Source: Eledone cirrhosa (Eukaryota). Taken from it: DNA of 64,000 bases. The translations under genes were made by a program, and so were the position numbers. Below are positions 1 to 13,519 of this stretch, one piece after another. The stretch is from positions 36,084,001 to 36,148,000 of the forward strand of contig OZ024752.1 of the NCBI GenBank assembly GCA_964016885.1, read 5' to 3'. Each line of letters begins with the position of its first letter. Position 1 is the stretch's first letter. Under the pieces are notes generated by a model. That model saw only the letters and a list, made by a program, of their open reading frames with translations, searched no databases and was not told the DNA's origin.

Positions 1-122
1 TTTAATAGTGTCTTTCTGATTGGTTGCTTGCTTCAGTTCTGTAGCAGGACTAGTTTCTGATGAACCCACATTTTTTGTCTTAGTAGTTTCATTCTTACTC
101 TCCGCTTGGTTGGCCGATTCAC
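1..122 (-). CDS. Taxilin-family gene, 3'-most exon in the window (low-complexity C-terminal tail, continues beyond window)
   Basis: tag acceptor at 125-123. Phase 1 matches the preceding exon. Open frame (S)ESANQAESKNETTKTKNVGSSETSPATELKQATNQKDTIK. Confidence 0.7.
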
Positions 123-1136
123 CTAGTTTACAAAAAATTAAATCAACCAAGTATTAAAAGACTAAATTAAAACAAATAATTTTATAATAGATGTTACCAA
201 ATATATATTTATTTCCCGTTAAGGGTGAAAGCAGCGTTGCTTAAACTTTAATCTGTTATTTTAATAAATATTTGCTCTACGGTTCTTATATATCTGATAT
301 ATATTTATCCTTATTGAGCCCTCTTTGGATTTTAGTCTTCACATTTATTATTATTACTATATATATATATATATATATAAAGAATGGTGTGCTCTGCATG
401 GAGATGCTATGAAATAGGGTGAAGACCCTTAACCCTTACAGACCTGGGCCCCTCTGTCTAACTTTACGCTCTCTTTGGGCTCCTGAGCAAACAATTAGTT
501 ATATACACAGCTGAAGAGTAATGATTACAGACAAACTAATGAACAGAATGAACACAAGGTGCAATAAATGTGTCTACCCACCCTTCATCTAGATATATAT
601 ATAACGCACTCTTATCAGTATCAGTTGTGCAAGGGCCACACTGAAATTGTTCACCCAAATCACTACTTTCACAAGTTTCCCTCTCCAAATCACTCTCGCT
701 GTTAGTATAAAGGTAAATTTGATGAAATTCTTGCTCACACTTGTCCATAGAATAAATGTCATCAATCAAGAGGTTGTGAGTTCAATTCTCAGACTGGGTG
801 ATGCATTGTGTCCTTGAGCAAGTCACTTTATTTCAAATTGCTCCAGTTTGCTCAGCTGTAGAAATGAGTTGCGACATCACTGGTGCCAATCTGTATCGGC
901 CCTTGCCTTACCCTTGTGCAACATCTGTGGCGTGGAGAGGGGAGACTGGTATGTATGGGCAACTGCTGGTCTTCCACAAACAACCTTGCCTGGACTTATG
1001 CTTTGGAGGGGAACTTTCTAGATACAAATCCCATGGTCTTTTGTAACTGATGATGGTCTTTTTTAAACTTACCCATTATCTACTAATTCACAACCTTGCT
1101 AAGTATTGACAACAATTTAAAGAACACTATACTTAC

Positions 1137-1184
1137 TATCTAGATTTTGTGAAGCTAGGCTAGAATCATTCTTACATTTCTGAC
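1137..1184 (-). CDS. Taxilin-family gene, 48-bp exon
   Basis: Poly-T tract plus ccag acceptor, gtaagt donor, phase 1/1. (C)QKCKNDSSLASQNLD. Confidence 0.65.
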
Positions 1185-2700
1185 CTGGAAAAAAAAAAAA
1201 AAAAAACAAGTTTAAAAAAATTATTTCTAAGATATTTGAAGGAAAGAAAGTTGTAACGAGAACAAAATTTAAAAATAATAAATAAAATCAATTTGTTTAC
1301 TGAATGGATTTGTAAACATGGCTAGAGTGAGAAGTACTGGTATTTGATGGAAAAGTGTCCACTGGTAGATATGTTGAACTTCAGGCCAGCTATAATCAAG
1401 CAGACCTATTTGTAAACATAGCAAGAGTGAGAAGTATTGAATATACTCAAATATAAGCCAACCCCGTCCCACCACCACCACCACCACCACCTATTTTATG
1501 TCTGAGAAATGGGCAAAAATCCAAACCCCGTTTTACAAGCTGTGGCAGCTAATCAACACACTATTTAGATGCCATATATATATATTATAAGCCAACCACC
1601 CATTTTACTATCAATTTTTTGGTCACATATTTCTCTGCTTATATTTCAGTATATATGATACTCCTGATATGAGATGGAACAGAGTTCATACATCATCATC
1701 ATCATCTTCTTCATTTACCATCCATTTCCAACACTGACATGGGTTAGAAGGGTTGTCACATTATGAGATAATTCAGGTGAGATGACCACATCTTGCTCAT
1801 ACGGATCTGTATTTTGGCTTGGTTTCAACCAAAGACGAGTCCCAGCAATAGTTGGGGATTAACCCTGTGAGGGACTGGCATCCTGTGCAGGGAGAAGTTT
1901 TATATTCTGAGTCGCTTCACACCACAGAAACCGGGATAAACACCGGCCCGATAAGCCTCTGGAAGCTCAAGACAAACTTTAGACTTAGATATAAACTGAA
2001 CATGATTTCAGTAGTATCTTTCACCAGAGATCCTTGTTTATGTTAGCTCCTCCTTTGAAATGCTGCTTAAATAATGATTTCTGACTTAGGCACAAGGCCA
2101 ACAATTTTTGGGGAAGGGAAAGTCGATGAAATTGACCCTAGTGCAATACTGGTACTTTATTTTATCGACCCCATAAGGATGAAAAGCAAAGTTAACCTCA
2201 ACGAGATTTGAACTCAGAATGTAAAGAGCCGTAACTCTATGCTGCAAAGCATGTCTGATGCTCTACTGATTCTGCCAATTTACTGCTCTCAATGCTGCTT
2301 AAATAATAATTAAAGAGAAATAAAGATTATTGACACTTTCTGAGTTCAAATCCTGCTGAGGTCAACTTTGTCTTTCATCCTCTCAAGCTTGATAAAGGAC
2401 CAGTCCAGTACTGGAGTCCAGTCTTCCTCTCTCTCACTCTTTCCCTCGCTTTGGAAGAAATCAGACCTGGTGAGGGATTGACTCTAACAATTGGTTTAAT
2501 CACCCTAATATGTCATGACAGCATCCCTACAACTCCCATCAGGAGTTCAGGGTCCAAAGATGTCTTAGAAAGATGGATGGATAGATGGATGAACTCTTTT
2601 ATAGACCACAGAAGACCAAGCAGACATTACAATTTTGAAAATATCAGTAGATGAACCATGAATTTGACATTCTTATAAAACAAAGTTGCTGCTAACTTAC

Positions 2701-2827
2701 AAGTTACTTCTGTTGGAGGAGGTGGACTTTTCTGTGCTCTCAGACGTTCTTGCTGCGCTCTGCATAAGGATTCTAATTTTTGAATTTTTGTAAGCAATAA
2801 TATACGTTCTTTATCACTGGAAGTTTT
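2701..2827 (-). CDS. Taxilin-family exon (end of coiled-coil domain)
   Basis: ag/gtaagt. KTSSDKERILLLTKIQKLESLCRAQQERLRAQ matches the taxilin C-terminal 'KIQRLEKLCRALQ' motif. Confidence 0.9.
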
Positions 2828-3173
2828 CTACAAAGAGAAGAATTTAAAATAAAATGAAACAATTGCGGAACCTATTAATATTTATTCATCTAATCATTTC
2901 AAGCCTTTTATAGTCTATCTAAAAAATTATTTTGCCCCTAATAAACACAATTCTACTATTCTGATGTCTTCACCTCATATCTTTCATCAATGGCCCTTGC
3001 CACCAGTGAAAATATTTCATACAACACTTAAGTTCTGCTGACAATTATAAAATCTACATGTAACATGTAGTAATTTTATTGAAAATATTTCATACAACAC
3101 TTAAGTTCTTTTGTTAAGTTAAACATTCAATTATTAAAGCTACATGTTATATGTAATAATTTTGTTAAAACTA

Positions 3174-3281
<108 letters not shown>

Positions 3282-3739
3282 TTAGAAATATTAGATACAA
3301 GAGACACTTCAATATTTTACACAATAAATGTATCAATATTAGACACAGTAAATACAAAAGAGACACTTGAATATTTTATAAATATTCTTTATAACTTATT
3401 GAAATGGTTTAGTTTTTAATATGAGATATATTAAATATCACTTCTACCCTTATACTGTTTCAAAATAAAACATGTTTTATGAAAATCAACCAATAATTAA
3501 TGGAGATATTAACAATTTTTTTTTAATACACCCAACTAACATATAGTCTATTCTCTAGCAAATACTCAACCCACCATCATCATCATCTAATGTCCACATT
3601 CCCTGCTAACAAGGGTTGTATGGGTCTACATAGACCAAGTCAGAACTGAAGCAGGGCTACTGACCTCCCAGACATGCCGAGGGGTCTGTATCCTGCTTAC
3701 ATACAGTCATATTGAGTGCACAGGACAAGTTGTTGTCTA

Positions 3740-3952
3740 TTAACCCTTTAGCATTTAAACCAGCCGTATCTGGCCAGAATTCTCTCACCTCTTTCTATTC
3801 AAACCAGCAGTAACTGGTCGCTCATACTGATGTTAAGGTATTGTTCTCAAAATAAATAATATCAAAATCTCATAGATTCAATATTATGTGAGGTAATTAC
3901 GTGAGGTAAAGCCTTTACTGAGAAAATACAATAGTAAATGCAAAAGGGTTAA
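3740..3952 (+). mobile_element. TTAA-flanked MITE (piggyBac-like ends). Other copies at about 4610-4748 (partial), 10030-10231 (minus), 25010-25202, 50638-51607 and 57647-63874
   Basis: TTAA-CCCTTTAGCATTT...AAATGCAAAAGGG-TTAA terminal inverted repeats. Shared internal 'ggccagaattctctcacctctttctgttcaaacc'. Confidence 0.8.
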
Positions 3953-4786
3953 CACAAAATTGAAGAGTCCTCCTAAACAGTCTTAATCCCTTATTTATTT
4001 CTGAAACCTTTATAAGAATTTTAATCAGCAAATATCTATAAAACTGGCATAAGAGAGTAGATTGTTCCTTTTGTTATTCAGTCTTATAGGACAGCAACGG
4101 GGGGGAAAGTGTTATCACTTAAGGAGTTGAGAATTAAAATCAGTGATAGGAAAACTTCTGTATTTTCACAGTAACCTATGAAGATAAAGACAGGATAGAT
4201 TTTGTGACATATTTAGATAACTGAATTCATTTTAAGGAAGAAATAATACCATGAGAAGTGTGTCAACAGAATCAGTAGAGAAAAACTGATAAAAGAAGTT
4301 GCAAAGGAAATTATAAACCTCTAAAAACAAAACAGTAACTTTTGGGTTTAAAATATAGTTTGATTATAGTGGTGTAGTATTGTCATAGTTTGATGTTGTA
4401 GTGGTGTAGTTTGATATCATAGTGGTGTAGTACTGTAATAGTAATGTAGTAATATCATAGTGCAATGTCATAGTAGTATAGTATTGTCATAGTTTGATAT
4501 CATAGTGGTGTAGAAGTGTCATAGTGGTATAGCATTGTCATAGTGATATAGTATTGTCATAGTTTGATATCATAGAGGTGTAGTAGTGTCATAGTTTGAT
4601 ATCATACTGATATTAAGGTACTGTTCTCAAAATAAATAATATCAAAATCTAATAGATTCAATATTATGTGAAATAATTATGTGAGATAAAGCTTTTACCG
4701 TGAAAATACAATAGTAAATATAGAGTAATGTAAATCCTAAAGGGTTAAAACAAAACAAAAAAGACCATAATTAAAATTCGTCTTAC

Positions 4787-4879
4787 CTTATCCATTTCTC
4801 CTTTTAATTTGCTAAACATATCATTACTTTTGGTAATAGTTGACTGGAATTCGCTATAACGATCTTTGTATGTATTAAC
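4787..4879 (-). CDS. Taxilin-family exon
   Basis: cag/gtaag. VNTYKDRYSEFQSTITKSNDMFSKLKGEMDK resembles '[29 protein letters not shown]'. Confidence 0.92.
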
Positions 4880-6167
4880 CTGTCAAAGAAATCAATTCTT
4901 AATTTCAAAAAACATTTTAGTTTGTCATTTAGATCATTAAATTGAATAGTAATAATAATTGTTTCAACATTTGGCACAAGGCCAACAATTACCCAATACA
5001 TTACTGGTACTTTATTTTATCGAGCCCGTAAGGATGAAAGGCAAAGTTGACCTCGGCAGGAATTGAACTCAAGACTGTAAAGGGCCGTAACTATGCTGCA
5101 AAGCATGGCGTCCGACCTTCTACCGATACTGCCAATCCACATAATAATAATTGTTTCTACTTTTGGCACAAGGCCAGCAATTACCCAGTGTATTACTGGT
5201 ACTTTATTTTATCGACCCCCGTAAGGATGAAAGGCAAAGTTAACCTCAGCGGGATTTGAACTCAGATCGTAAAGGGGCGTAACTCTATGCTGCAAAGCAT
5301 GGTGTCCGACACTCTACCAATACACCCTCAATAATAACAATAATAATTTTTGATTTAGGCACAAGGAGGTGAAATTTTGGATGAGGGGGATCGATTAAAT
5401 CGACCCCAGTTAGTTACTGGTGCTTTATTTTATCAACCCTGTGGTGATAAAGGGCAAAGCTAACCTCAGCATAGAGTTTGCAGTACAGAGTTACAGTCCT
5501 TTACGGTCTGAGTTCAAATCCCGCCGAGGTTAGCTTTGCCTTTCATCCTTACGGGAGTCAATATAATAAAATACCAGTAATGCACTGTGGTCGATCTAAT
5601 CAAATTCACCTCCCCTAAAATTGTTGGCCATGTGCCTAAATCAGAAACCATGATTATGAGATAATGAAACCAATTGGATACAAGATCTTTTCCAAGGTTT
5701 ATACGTCATAAGTTTCAAGGAAACATATACCCTAATGATTAAACAATATAGGCCAAGTCAATCATAGCTTTACAACATCTTAAAAGATGATTAAGACAGT
5801 TGTAAACAACCAACACTTTTATCATATTGAGTCTCTTTCTCTTATCAGTAACCTTTAGTATAGTTTCAGTACAACCACATCTATCAGAAATCTGTTCTTA
5901 TACATCACGCACCAGTGGTCTCGTGCCCTTGAAAAAATCTAACAAAATATATTATACATTATCTGTCTCTCTCTCTCACTTTTTATCATCATCATCATCA
6001 TCACCGTTTAACATCCATTTTTCCACATTAGCTTGGGTTAGATGAGTTGTCCTGTTCTGAGACAAGCTAGATTAGATAACCGTATCTTGCTCATAAAGAA
6101 CTGATTTTGACTTGGTTTGTATGACTGAATGGCCTTCCTAACGCCAACCACATTTACAGTGTGTACT

Positions 6168-6312
6168 GGATGCTTTTTGTCGTGACACCTACACGACCAC
6201 TTTACAGTGTGGGCTGGGCACTTTTTGTCGTGACACCTACACGACCACTTTACAGTGTGGGCTGGGCACTTTTTGTCGTGACACCTACACGACCACTTTA
6301 CAGTGTGGGCTG
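6168..6312. repeat. 48-bp tandem repeat within a SINE-tail element, running into an assembly gap
   Basis: Three copies of tttttgtcgtgacacctacacgaccactttacagtgtgggctgggcac. Confidence 0.85.
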
Positions 6313-6320
6313 GCAATTTT

Positions 6321-6520
6321 NNNNNNNNNNNNNNNNNNNNNNNNNNNNNNNNNNNNNNNNNNNNNNNNNNNNNNNNNNNNNNNNNNNNNNNNNNNNNNNN
6401 NNNNNNNNNNNNNNNNNNNNNNNNNNNNNNNNNNNNNNNNNNNNNNNNNNNNNNNNNNNNNNNNNNNNNNNNNNNNNNNNNNNNNNNNNNNNNNNNNNNN
6501 NNNNNNNNNNNNNNNNNNNN
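6321..6520. other. Assembly gap (200 N)
   Basis: Run of n. Confidence 1.
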
Positions 6521-6810
6521 TTTTGTCATGACAATTAGACAACCACAAGAATGAAAATATATCTTTCATATAAAAATATATTTTTGTATGTTTTATATAC
6601 AAAATTATAATTTTATAAATATTTTACATAAAAGTTTATAGAGAAGATGGAAGTAACAGATTAATACTAGAAAGAAGAGGAGGCACAAAAGAGAACAAAA
6701 GTCATTAAAGAATGCGTGACAAAAGAACTTTGATGAACTAGCCAATAACTAGTAATAAAGATAAAGTGAAAATCATATGGTGCATTTATATAGACATCAT
6801 TTATGAACAA

Positions 6811-8572
6811 CTAGTAAAAACCCATCGCTATGCTGCCGGTACAAATATTTGTTAATCATGTACATACTTTTATTATAATGACGTCACCTTATTGCTGAAT
6901 TACGCTTTTATCTATAAATCTATATATATTTCACACACACACTCTCTCTCACTGTGTTTTTTTTCTCAACAACAACTTTTCACGTATATGTAGGAGGGAA
7001 AAGGGGAGGAGCGAAAAGTTGTTGTTGACGAGAGGAATGCGGTGAGAGAAAGTGTCTGTGAAAGATAGATATATTTCTTTATTAGCCACAGGGGCACAAA
7101 AGAAGGGGACAATACAAAAGGGGGAAGTTTACATACAATAAAAAACGTGTAAAATGTTATCACAGATGGGATTTAAAAAGTTAGTCGATTTTCCCCAATA
7201 GAGGGAGATAGTTTATATGGGTAACACATACCCCCGAAAAAAAAATGTGCAACCCTCATCTCCAGGAGTACGAAGAGTTTGTACTCCCTTCCTTTCCTCC
7301 TCCTTTTCCTCAACCTACAGGCTGATATAGAGAGAAGGCCCATTCACTCGGGCCATTCTCGCCACTTTCACCCACCTTTCATAAAACTTGCTGGGGTACA
7401 GCACCTCTCTCTCCATCCTGATTCTTCTTCCAAAGTGGTATTTGAAAAAAAGAATCAGTTGTTGGCCGGAGAGAAAGGTGTCTGACCTCAGCCCTTTCAA
7501 CCTTGTCCACCATACAACCTCTTTCGCCATAGCTATCACACAAAGGAAAACCGCCTCTCCTTCGTTTTTGAAGGAGAGGTGGCGGTTTGATCATGACAAG
7601 TGGACTCGGTGGTCAACTGGACTGGGTCCCACCCGCGACAATAGTCGTTCTACATAGCCCCCACAGGTCAGTGACGCCCGGGCAGTGTATGAATGCGTGC
7701 TGCGCGACGGTTTCTTGGTCTCGCCACGCACCTCGGACAGATCTTTTTTTGCAGGGTCCCTGCCCAGGCGCCCATGTCTGTAGAGCTTGTCTCGAACTGG
7801 TAGAGCTCCTCGGTAGCACTGCCAGGCCAGGGACTTTTGGAAGTTTGTCCATCGGTCCCGGGCGGAAGGTCCTACCGAACAGACTGGCCAGTTCATCTTC
7901 CTCTACGCCTAGAGTTTCAACCGAGCGCGTCGTCGCACTTGCTGCGAACTAACCCTCTATAGAATGACGAAGGTGGAGTCTCCACTGATCGCCGGGTCCG
8001 CCTGCCAGAGGGCTGTGAGCGCCTGAGCACATTCGATGTGCCAGTCGCACATTTTCCTCGGTCTCTGCTTGACCCAGGACTGCAGCTCGGTCAGCGAGAC
8101 GAGTCGTGGGAAGGCTCGCCTCACGAACGGGGCCCACACCGGTTGTCCGGTGAGGAATACGTAGAGATGCCGCAGCCTGAGCGCGTGTTTGCGCATCGTC
8201 AACCACGGCATCCCCAGCCCTCCGTTAGAAGGGTGTTGGCAGCAGATGGATCTTCTCACCAAAGGAGCCCGCCTCTTTCCAAAGGAATCGGAAAGAGCGC
8301 GCTGCTCCATTTTGGCGAGCGTTTTGGCTGGACAAGGCACAACGGTCAAGCGGTAGAGTGTTGTCACCAAAGAAACTTAAAGTGTTGACTGACATTAACT
8401 TTTTTTTAAGGTCTGTCGTCATCTCTTTCACACACACACACTCTCTCTCACTGTGTTTCTCTTTCGACAACAATCACTTTTAAACCCCCCCACCACCACC
8501 ACCTTTTTTTACAAATATGTTGTGACGGACAGACAGATAGATGGAGAAACAGCTTCTCTTTTATAATATAGA
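6811..8572 (-). mobile_element. Non-autonomous Helitron-like element interrupted by a LINE
   Basis: Minus strand starts A|TCTATATTATAAAAG followed by (TCTG/TCTA)n and ends with an imperfect GC-rich hairpin plus CTAG|T. Confidence 0.65.
7065..8400 (-). mobile_element. L1/Tx1-clade LINE 3' fragment (frameshifted ORF2 C-terminus and 3'UTR)
   Basis: 'CCQHPSNGGLGMPWL' and 'ETVAQHAFIHCPGV' (zinc-knuckle region). AATAAA near 7080 on the minus strand. Confidence 0.8.
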
Positions 8573-8670
8573 TAGCCAAAGGAAGGGTGTTTAAAATTCT
8601 AACTAATAAATCAAAATTCTGTTTGACAACCAACAAATCGTACAAAAAATATCAGTATTTAGATACTGAC

Positions 8671-8724
8671 CTGTGTTTCAAGCATTAGTATTTTTGAATC
8701 ACTTTCTGCTCCTTTCAGTGCCAT
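8671..8724 (-). CDS. Taxilin-family exon
   Basis: cag/gtcagt, phase 0/0. MALKGAESDSKILMLETQ bridges the flanking exons in frame. Confidence 0.75.
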
Positions 8725-8984
8725 CTGTTTAAAGAATAAGAATATAAGAGAAATTAATTAAATATCACATATAAAATTAAACTGTTACTAGACAACCATC
8801 ATCATCATCATCAGCAGCAGCATTTTACAGTTGCTTTTTCATGCCTACATGGATTGGATGGGTCTTTTTCATTACAGCATTCCTCCACTCACTGTGATCT
8901 ATTCTCATTGGAACATTGGAAAAGCAAAAGATTCATTTGTACATCATACACCCAACAAATCTGAAAATAAATTAATGTGCTCAC

Positions 8985-9104
8985 CAATTCCTTCTCCTTT
9001 TTACTTTTTTCTCTTTCCTCCATCAACTGCATTGCTGCTTGCTTCAGTTTAGTATCTACTAGCTGCTGTTCCAGTTCTCGATGTTTAGCTACTTTTTCGA
9101 AATA
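8985..9104 (-). CDS. Taxilin-family exon
   Basis: tag/gtgag. YFEKVAKHRELEQQLVDTKLKQAAMQLMEEREKSKKEKEL. Confidence 0.9.
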
Positions 9105-9634
9105 CTAAATACAAAACAATATAAAGGGAGATAACTTTTACTTTTCTTTTAAATGTATGTGAATTGATTTTGTAGAAAATCAGCTAGAAAAAAAAAAAAA
9201 GAAAAACAGGTTTGTTAATTGAAATGCTTATAGTATCTTTACTGGCAAACAGATTGTTGTGAAAATTTGCAGTGTTAGGGTAAAGGCGATAGTTTTTCGT
9301 ATGATGCAGTTATAGTGTTGTTTTGTAATTTTTAAGAGTCATGAAGCGCAGATCATGAAAAATTATAAGTGACTGATATGTATTTCAGAAAGTCGGTACA
9401 ATGTGGTAGAAATATAAAACTAAACAAGTAATGTTTTTTACCCAGTATAGTTTCAGGGTTAATACCCGATTTTCAAATGTAAAAACGAAAACGATGCAGA
9501 TGTTCGATCATCAGTTCTGACAATGGATAGGCAAAAGTACTCTTTATTAAGGTTTAGAGGGGGGAGTTGCGTCCCCTGTTGGAATTAGCAACAGAAAAAC
9601 CAACAATAGACAAAGTTATATAATAGTGAGTTAC

Positions 9635-9763
9635 CTTTTCTCTTTGTTCATATTGTTCTAGAAAGTTCTTCAGTTTTGTGGCCAATTCTGTGTTCTCTTC
9701 TCTCAGCTTCATATTACGATTGTGGTTGTCCACCATTTGAGCTTGAATGTCATTAATTGTTGT
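9635..9763 (-). CDS. Taxilin-family exon
   Basis: cag/gtaac. TTINDIQAQMVDNHNRNMKLREENTELATKLKNFLEQYEQREK. Confidence 0.92.
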
Positions 9764-10938
9764 CTGTAAGAAGAAGAATGGAACATTGTTTCATTATAAT
9801 AGACTAAGGTGGTTGGTTGACAGAATCGGTAGAGCGTCAGACAACATGCTCTACGGCACAGAATTACGTCCCTTAACATTCTGAGTTCAAATCCCGCCGA
9901 GGTTAGCTTTGCCTTTCATCTTTATGGGGCTGATAAAATAAAGTACCAGTAATGCACTGGTGTTGATTTAATCGATTTTCCCTCCCCACTAAAATTGACG
10001 GCCTTGTGCCTAAATCAGAAACCATTATGTAACCCTTTAGTATTCATATTATTCTCTATTTACTATTGTATTTTTGTGGTAAAGGCTTTATCTCACATAA
10101 TATCGAATCTAAGAGATTTTGATATTTATTTTGAGAAAAATACCTTATGAGCGACCAGTTATGACTGGTTTGAACAGAAAGAGGTGAGAGAATTCTGGCC
10201 CGATATGGCCAGTTTGAAAGCTAAAGGGTTAGAAGCTGTGGCTTGACAGTATCAGTAGAGCATTGGACAACATATAGTTATGTCTATTTATGTTCCGAGT
10301 TCAAGTCCCACCAAGCTTAGCTTTACCTTTCTTCCTTACGGGAGTCAATAAAATAAAGTAACATTAAGACACTGGATGTCAATTTAATCAACTTTCCCTC
10401 CTCCAAAATTGTTGACCTTGTGTCTAGAATCAGAAATAATAGACTATATCATTCTCACATGAATCTAGTAATCTGGATCACCTATGGTCAAAAGCTTACT
10501 GGACATATGGAACCAACACACTGCATAGTCGTCAAACCCGTCAAAACATTTGTAATATATATATAAGAGAGATTTATTTAATTATGTCTCATATAAAATA
10601 ATACAACCAACTATCCACGAAATACAATATAGTTAGCACCCCAAACGTATAATTGGGAATATACTCAGGTATATCCTAATGTTTGTTGAGTGAGATGGGA
10701 GTTGGTCAGAGTATCGCTAAAAGCTTTCTCTGTTAATGTATTAAGTATATATATATATTGTTATACTTTGGGACACACGCACCAGTTGCTTTCACTTCAA
10801 TTTATTATATATTTATAAATTTACAAATTTATAAATTTATAAATTTACAAATTTATAAATTTATAAATTTACAAATTTATAAATTTATAAATTTCTGGTT
10901 GGTTGGTTGGTTCCACAACCAGATAGTTGTTTATATAT

Positions 10939-10983
10939 AGTCATAGTCCTTTCGTCACACACTCTGTGACCTCTTCAGTGACT
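10939..10983 (-). ncRNA. Minimal type I hammerhead-like fold
   Basis: Minus strand: AGTCA CTGAAGA g GTCACA gagtg TGTGAC GAAA GGA CTA TGACT. Stem I is AGTCA/TGACT, with a CUA site. Confidence 0.6.
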
Positions 10984-11420
10984 GGGGATTCCTTTCGGTT
11001 TCAACACACGATTTCAGATAAAGAATCTTGCTAAACAAATTCAGAAACGAAATATATATATATATATATATATATGTAGATAAATCTACCAAGAGTTTAC
11101 GGTAGTGTCCAATCCGTATGAAGAACTCAATGTAATCCGGATATCATGGAAAGAAGAGATGCAATGAAAAATCACTTTCGGTGAAAGATAAACGGAATAC
11201 AGAGTCAAGATAAAATATTAAAAAAATAATGAATAAAACAATGAAACAGTTCCTTATATATATATATATATATATATAACCAAAAGTTAAACAAGGTTCA
11301 TTGATTAATCAATGAATATAGTTTTACAATAGATTAGAAGCACTCAACAAAGAAGTTTTCTGGAGTTATTAATATTACTTCAAAATATTAATAAATATAG
11401 ACATTCATGTGATCAAATAC

Positions 11421-11484
11421 ATTTTATTATATATATTTCAGAGGTACTGTGCTGTTTCCTCAGTACGCCCCCATCAAATAAAAT
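11421..11484 (-). ncRNA. Degenerate hammerhead related to 42296-42357
   Basis: Same stem I (ATTTTAT/ATAAAAT) and GAAATATATATA. Core mutated to TTGATGG. Different but paired stem II GTACTG/CAGTAC. Confidence 0.45.
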
Positions 11485-11545
11485 AAATTGATGTCTGACA
11501 TACCTCAACTGTGCTGATAGTTCAATTCCAGTCTTGGCAGTCAGA

Positions 11546-11595
<50 letters not shown>

Positions 11596-11852
11596 ATGAG
11601 TATATTCGAAGTTGCAGCTGCACAATAGCAGATGAAAAATTGAATTATCAGAGGCTGTCACGAAGCACTCAATGAGTGAGTAATTGATAAATTTCTCCTC
11701 AGAGTAAACACAAAAAGTTAAGGAATAGTGACACCATGAATAATACGACCAGGGGCATGTTGCCACAGTAATATAACAACAATATATACAAACAGGTCAA
11801 TACAGGATGTCTCGAAAAGTGTATACATGTTATCATTATCTGTACAAGCAGT

Positions 11853-12260
11853 GGATTGGCAGTATCGGTAGAGAGTCGGACGCCATGCTTTCCAGCATTG
11901 AGTTACGTCCCTTTACGATCTGAGTTCAAATCCCGCCGAGGTTGACTTTGCCTTTCATCCTTACGGGGTCGATAAAATAAAGTACCAGTAATGTACTGGG
12001 TTATTGCTGGCCTTGTGCCTAAAGTAGAAACAATTATCTGTACAAGCAATAGGGCAGTGAATTGGCAGTATCGGTAGAGGGGCGGACGCCATGCATTGCA
12101 GCATTGAGTTACGGCCCTTTATGATTTGAGTTCAAATCCCGCCGAGGTTAACTTTGCCTTTCATCCTTATGGGGCATCAATAAAATAAAGTACCAGTCAC
12201 GACTTTCCTCTTCCCCCAAAATTGCTGGCCTTGTGCCTATATAAGAAACCATTATCTGTA
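11853..12260 (+). mobile_element. tRNA-derived SINE family A, tandem dimer. Other copies or dimers at about 2075-2280, 4975-5330, 9815-10025, 14268-14605, 15490-15745, 23950-24337, 29565-29755, 48500-48682 and 57225-57562
   Basis: A-box-like TGGCAGTATCGGTAGA, B-box GAGTTCAAATCC, and conserved 'gccgaggttaactttgcctttcatccttacggggtcgataaaataaagtaccag'. Confidence 0.85.
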
Positions 12261-12817
12261 CAAGCAATATTTATTAGAATGCTGTTGAAGTCATCAATCA
12301 TCGATTAACGCCCATCTTCCACGCTGGCATGGGTTAGACGGGTCCCATTTAGAGGCAAGTTGTGTCAGATGACCATGTCTCGCTCATATAGGGCTGTTTT
12401 TATGGCTGGATGCCCTTCCTAACGCCAACCACACTGACCTGACAGTGTGGGCATACATTTTTGCTGACGCCCTGTATATATACAGTGTACTCCTGACTTT
12501 CAAGGTCCTGATTATTCACAGAATTTTCCTTAGAACCTAACTAATAATTGTTCGTGGAAACTACCGCACATTCGCCAAATCGTAAATATCTTCCGCGGTT
12601 TTGTTATGGTCTTTTCCGTAGCAATATATATTTTTTCATGCTTTTTAACACTAAATTATTAATAACAAAATACTGTACATGGCCTATATTTTACTATATA
12701 TCTTGACATTTATAGGCCTTTTTATGGACCACGTCCAATATTCGTGGTTTTTCATTCTTCACGGGTACTCTAGGAACATAACCCTCACGAATACCGAGGG
12801 GGGGGGGGGGGTACAAC

Positions 12818-12852
<35 letters not shown>

Positions 12853-13185
12853 GGAGGCACATGGCTTAGTGGTTAGAGCATTGGCCTTGCAATCAAAAGG
12901 TTGTGAGTTCAATTCTCAGACCGGGTGATGTGTTGTTTCCTTGAGCAAGGCACTTTATTTCTCATTGCTCCAGTTTACTCAGCTGTAGAAATGAGATGAT
13001 AGGGACTGGGGTCCCTATCATTCCACTGCAAAGTGGTCATGGAGGTGCCACGGCAAAAAAGCACCCAGCACTCACTGTAAATGAGGTTGGTGTCAGGAAG
13101 GGCATCCAGCTGTAGAAATCAAGCCAGAATCAGTTCCCGTCCCACCCTTGCAAGCAGGGAAAAGGCAGACGTAAAAATGAAATGA
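12853..13185 (+). mobile_element. tRNA-derived SINE family B with RTE-derived 3' tail. Other copies at about 20593-20915, 37428-37775 and 39466-39800
   Basis: TGGCTTAGTGG A box, GAGTTCAATTC B box, central 'ccttgagcaaggcacttt', and 3' 'cccgtcccacccttgcaagcagggaaaag..gacgtaaaatga'. Confidence 0.85.
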
Positions 13186-13303
13186 ATGAATGAAATGAAG
13201 TGAATATATATGAGTGTGTGTGTATCTATATATATATATGTGTGTGTGTGTGCACATGTATGTGTATGTGTGTGTATGTGTATTACTAGGGAAATTTTAT
13301 TAC

Positions 13304-13369
13304 CTGAAATTTGGAAGATATTTCTTTTCGTTTCTCATCTTCTTCTTTAGCCCGAGCTAAACTTTCTTC
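13304..13369 (-). CDS. Taxilin-family exon
   Basis: tag/gtaat. EESLARAKEEDEKRKEISSKFQ. Confidence 0.92.
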
Positions 13370-13519
13370 CTACAAAGAAACAAATTGTACAGTTTTATTA
13401 TGCAATATAAAACAGTCTTTCTTTGATGAGATAATAACGAGTTTAATTAAGCAATGATGATGATCATGATGATGAATACAATGGCAATTTCTAATGAATG
13501 CACACAAGATAACAAACTT

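Noticed and set aside
12853-12925. tRNA-like A and B boxes
   Set aside because: These are SINE heads with no full cloverleaf, so they were not called as tRNA genes.
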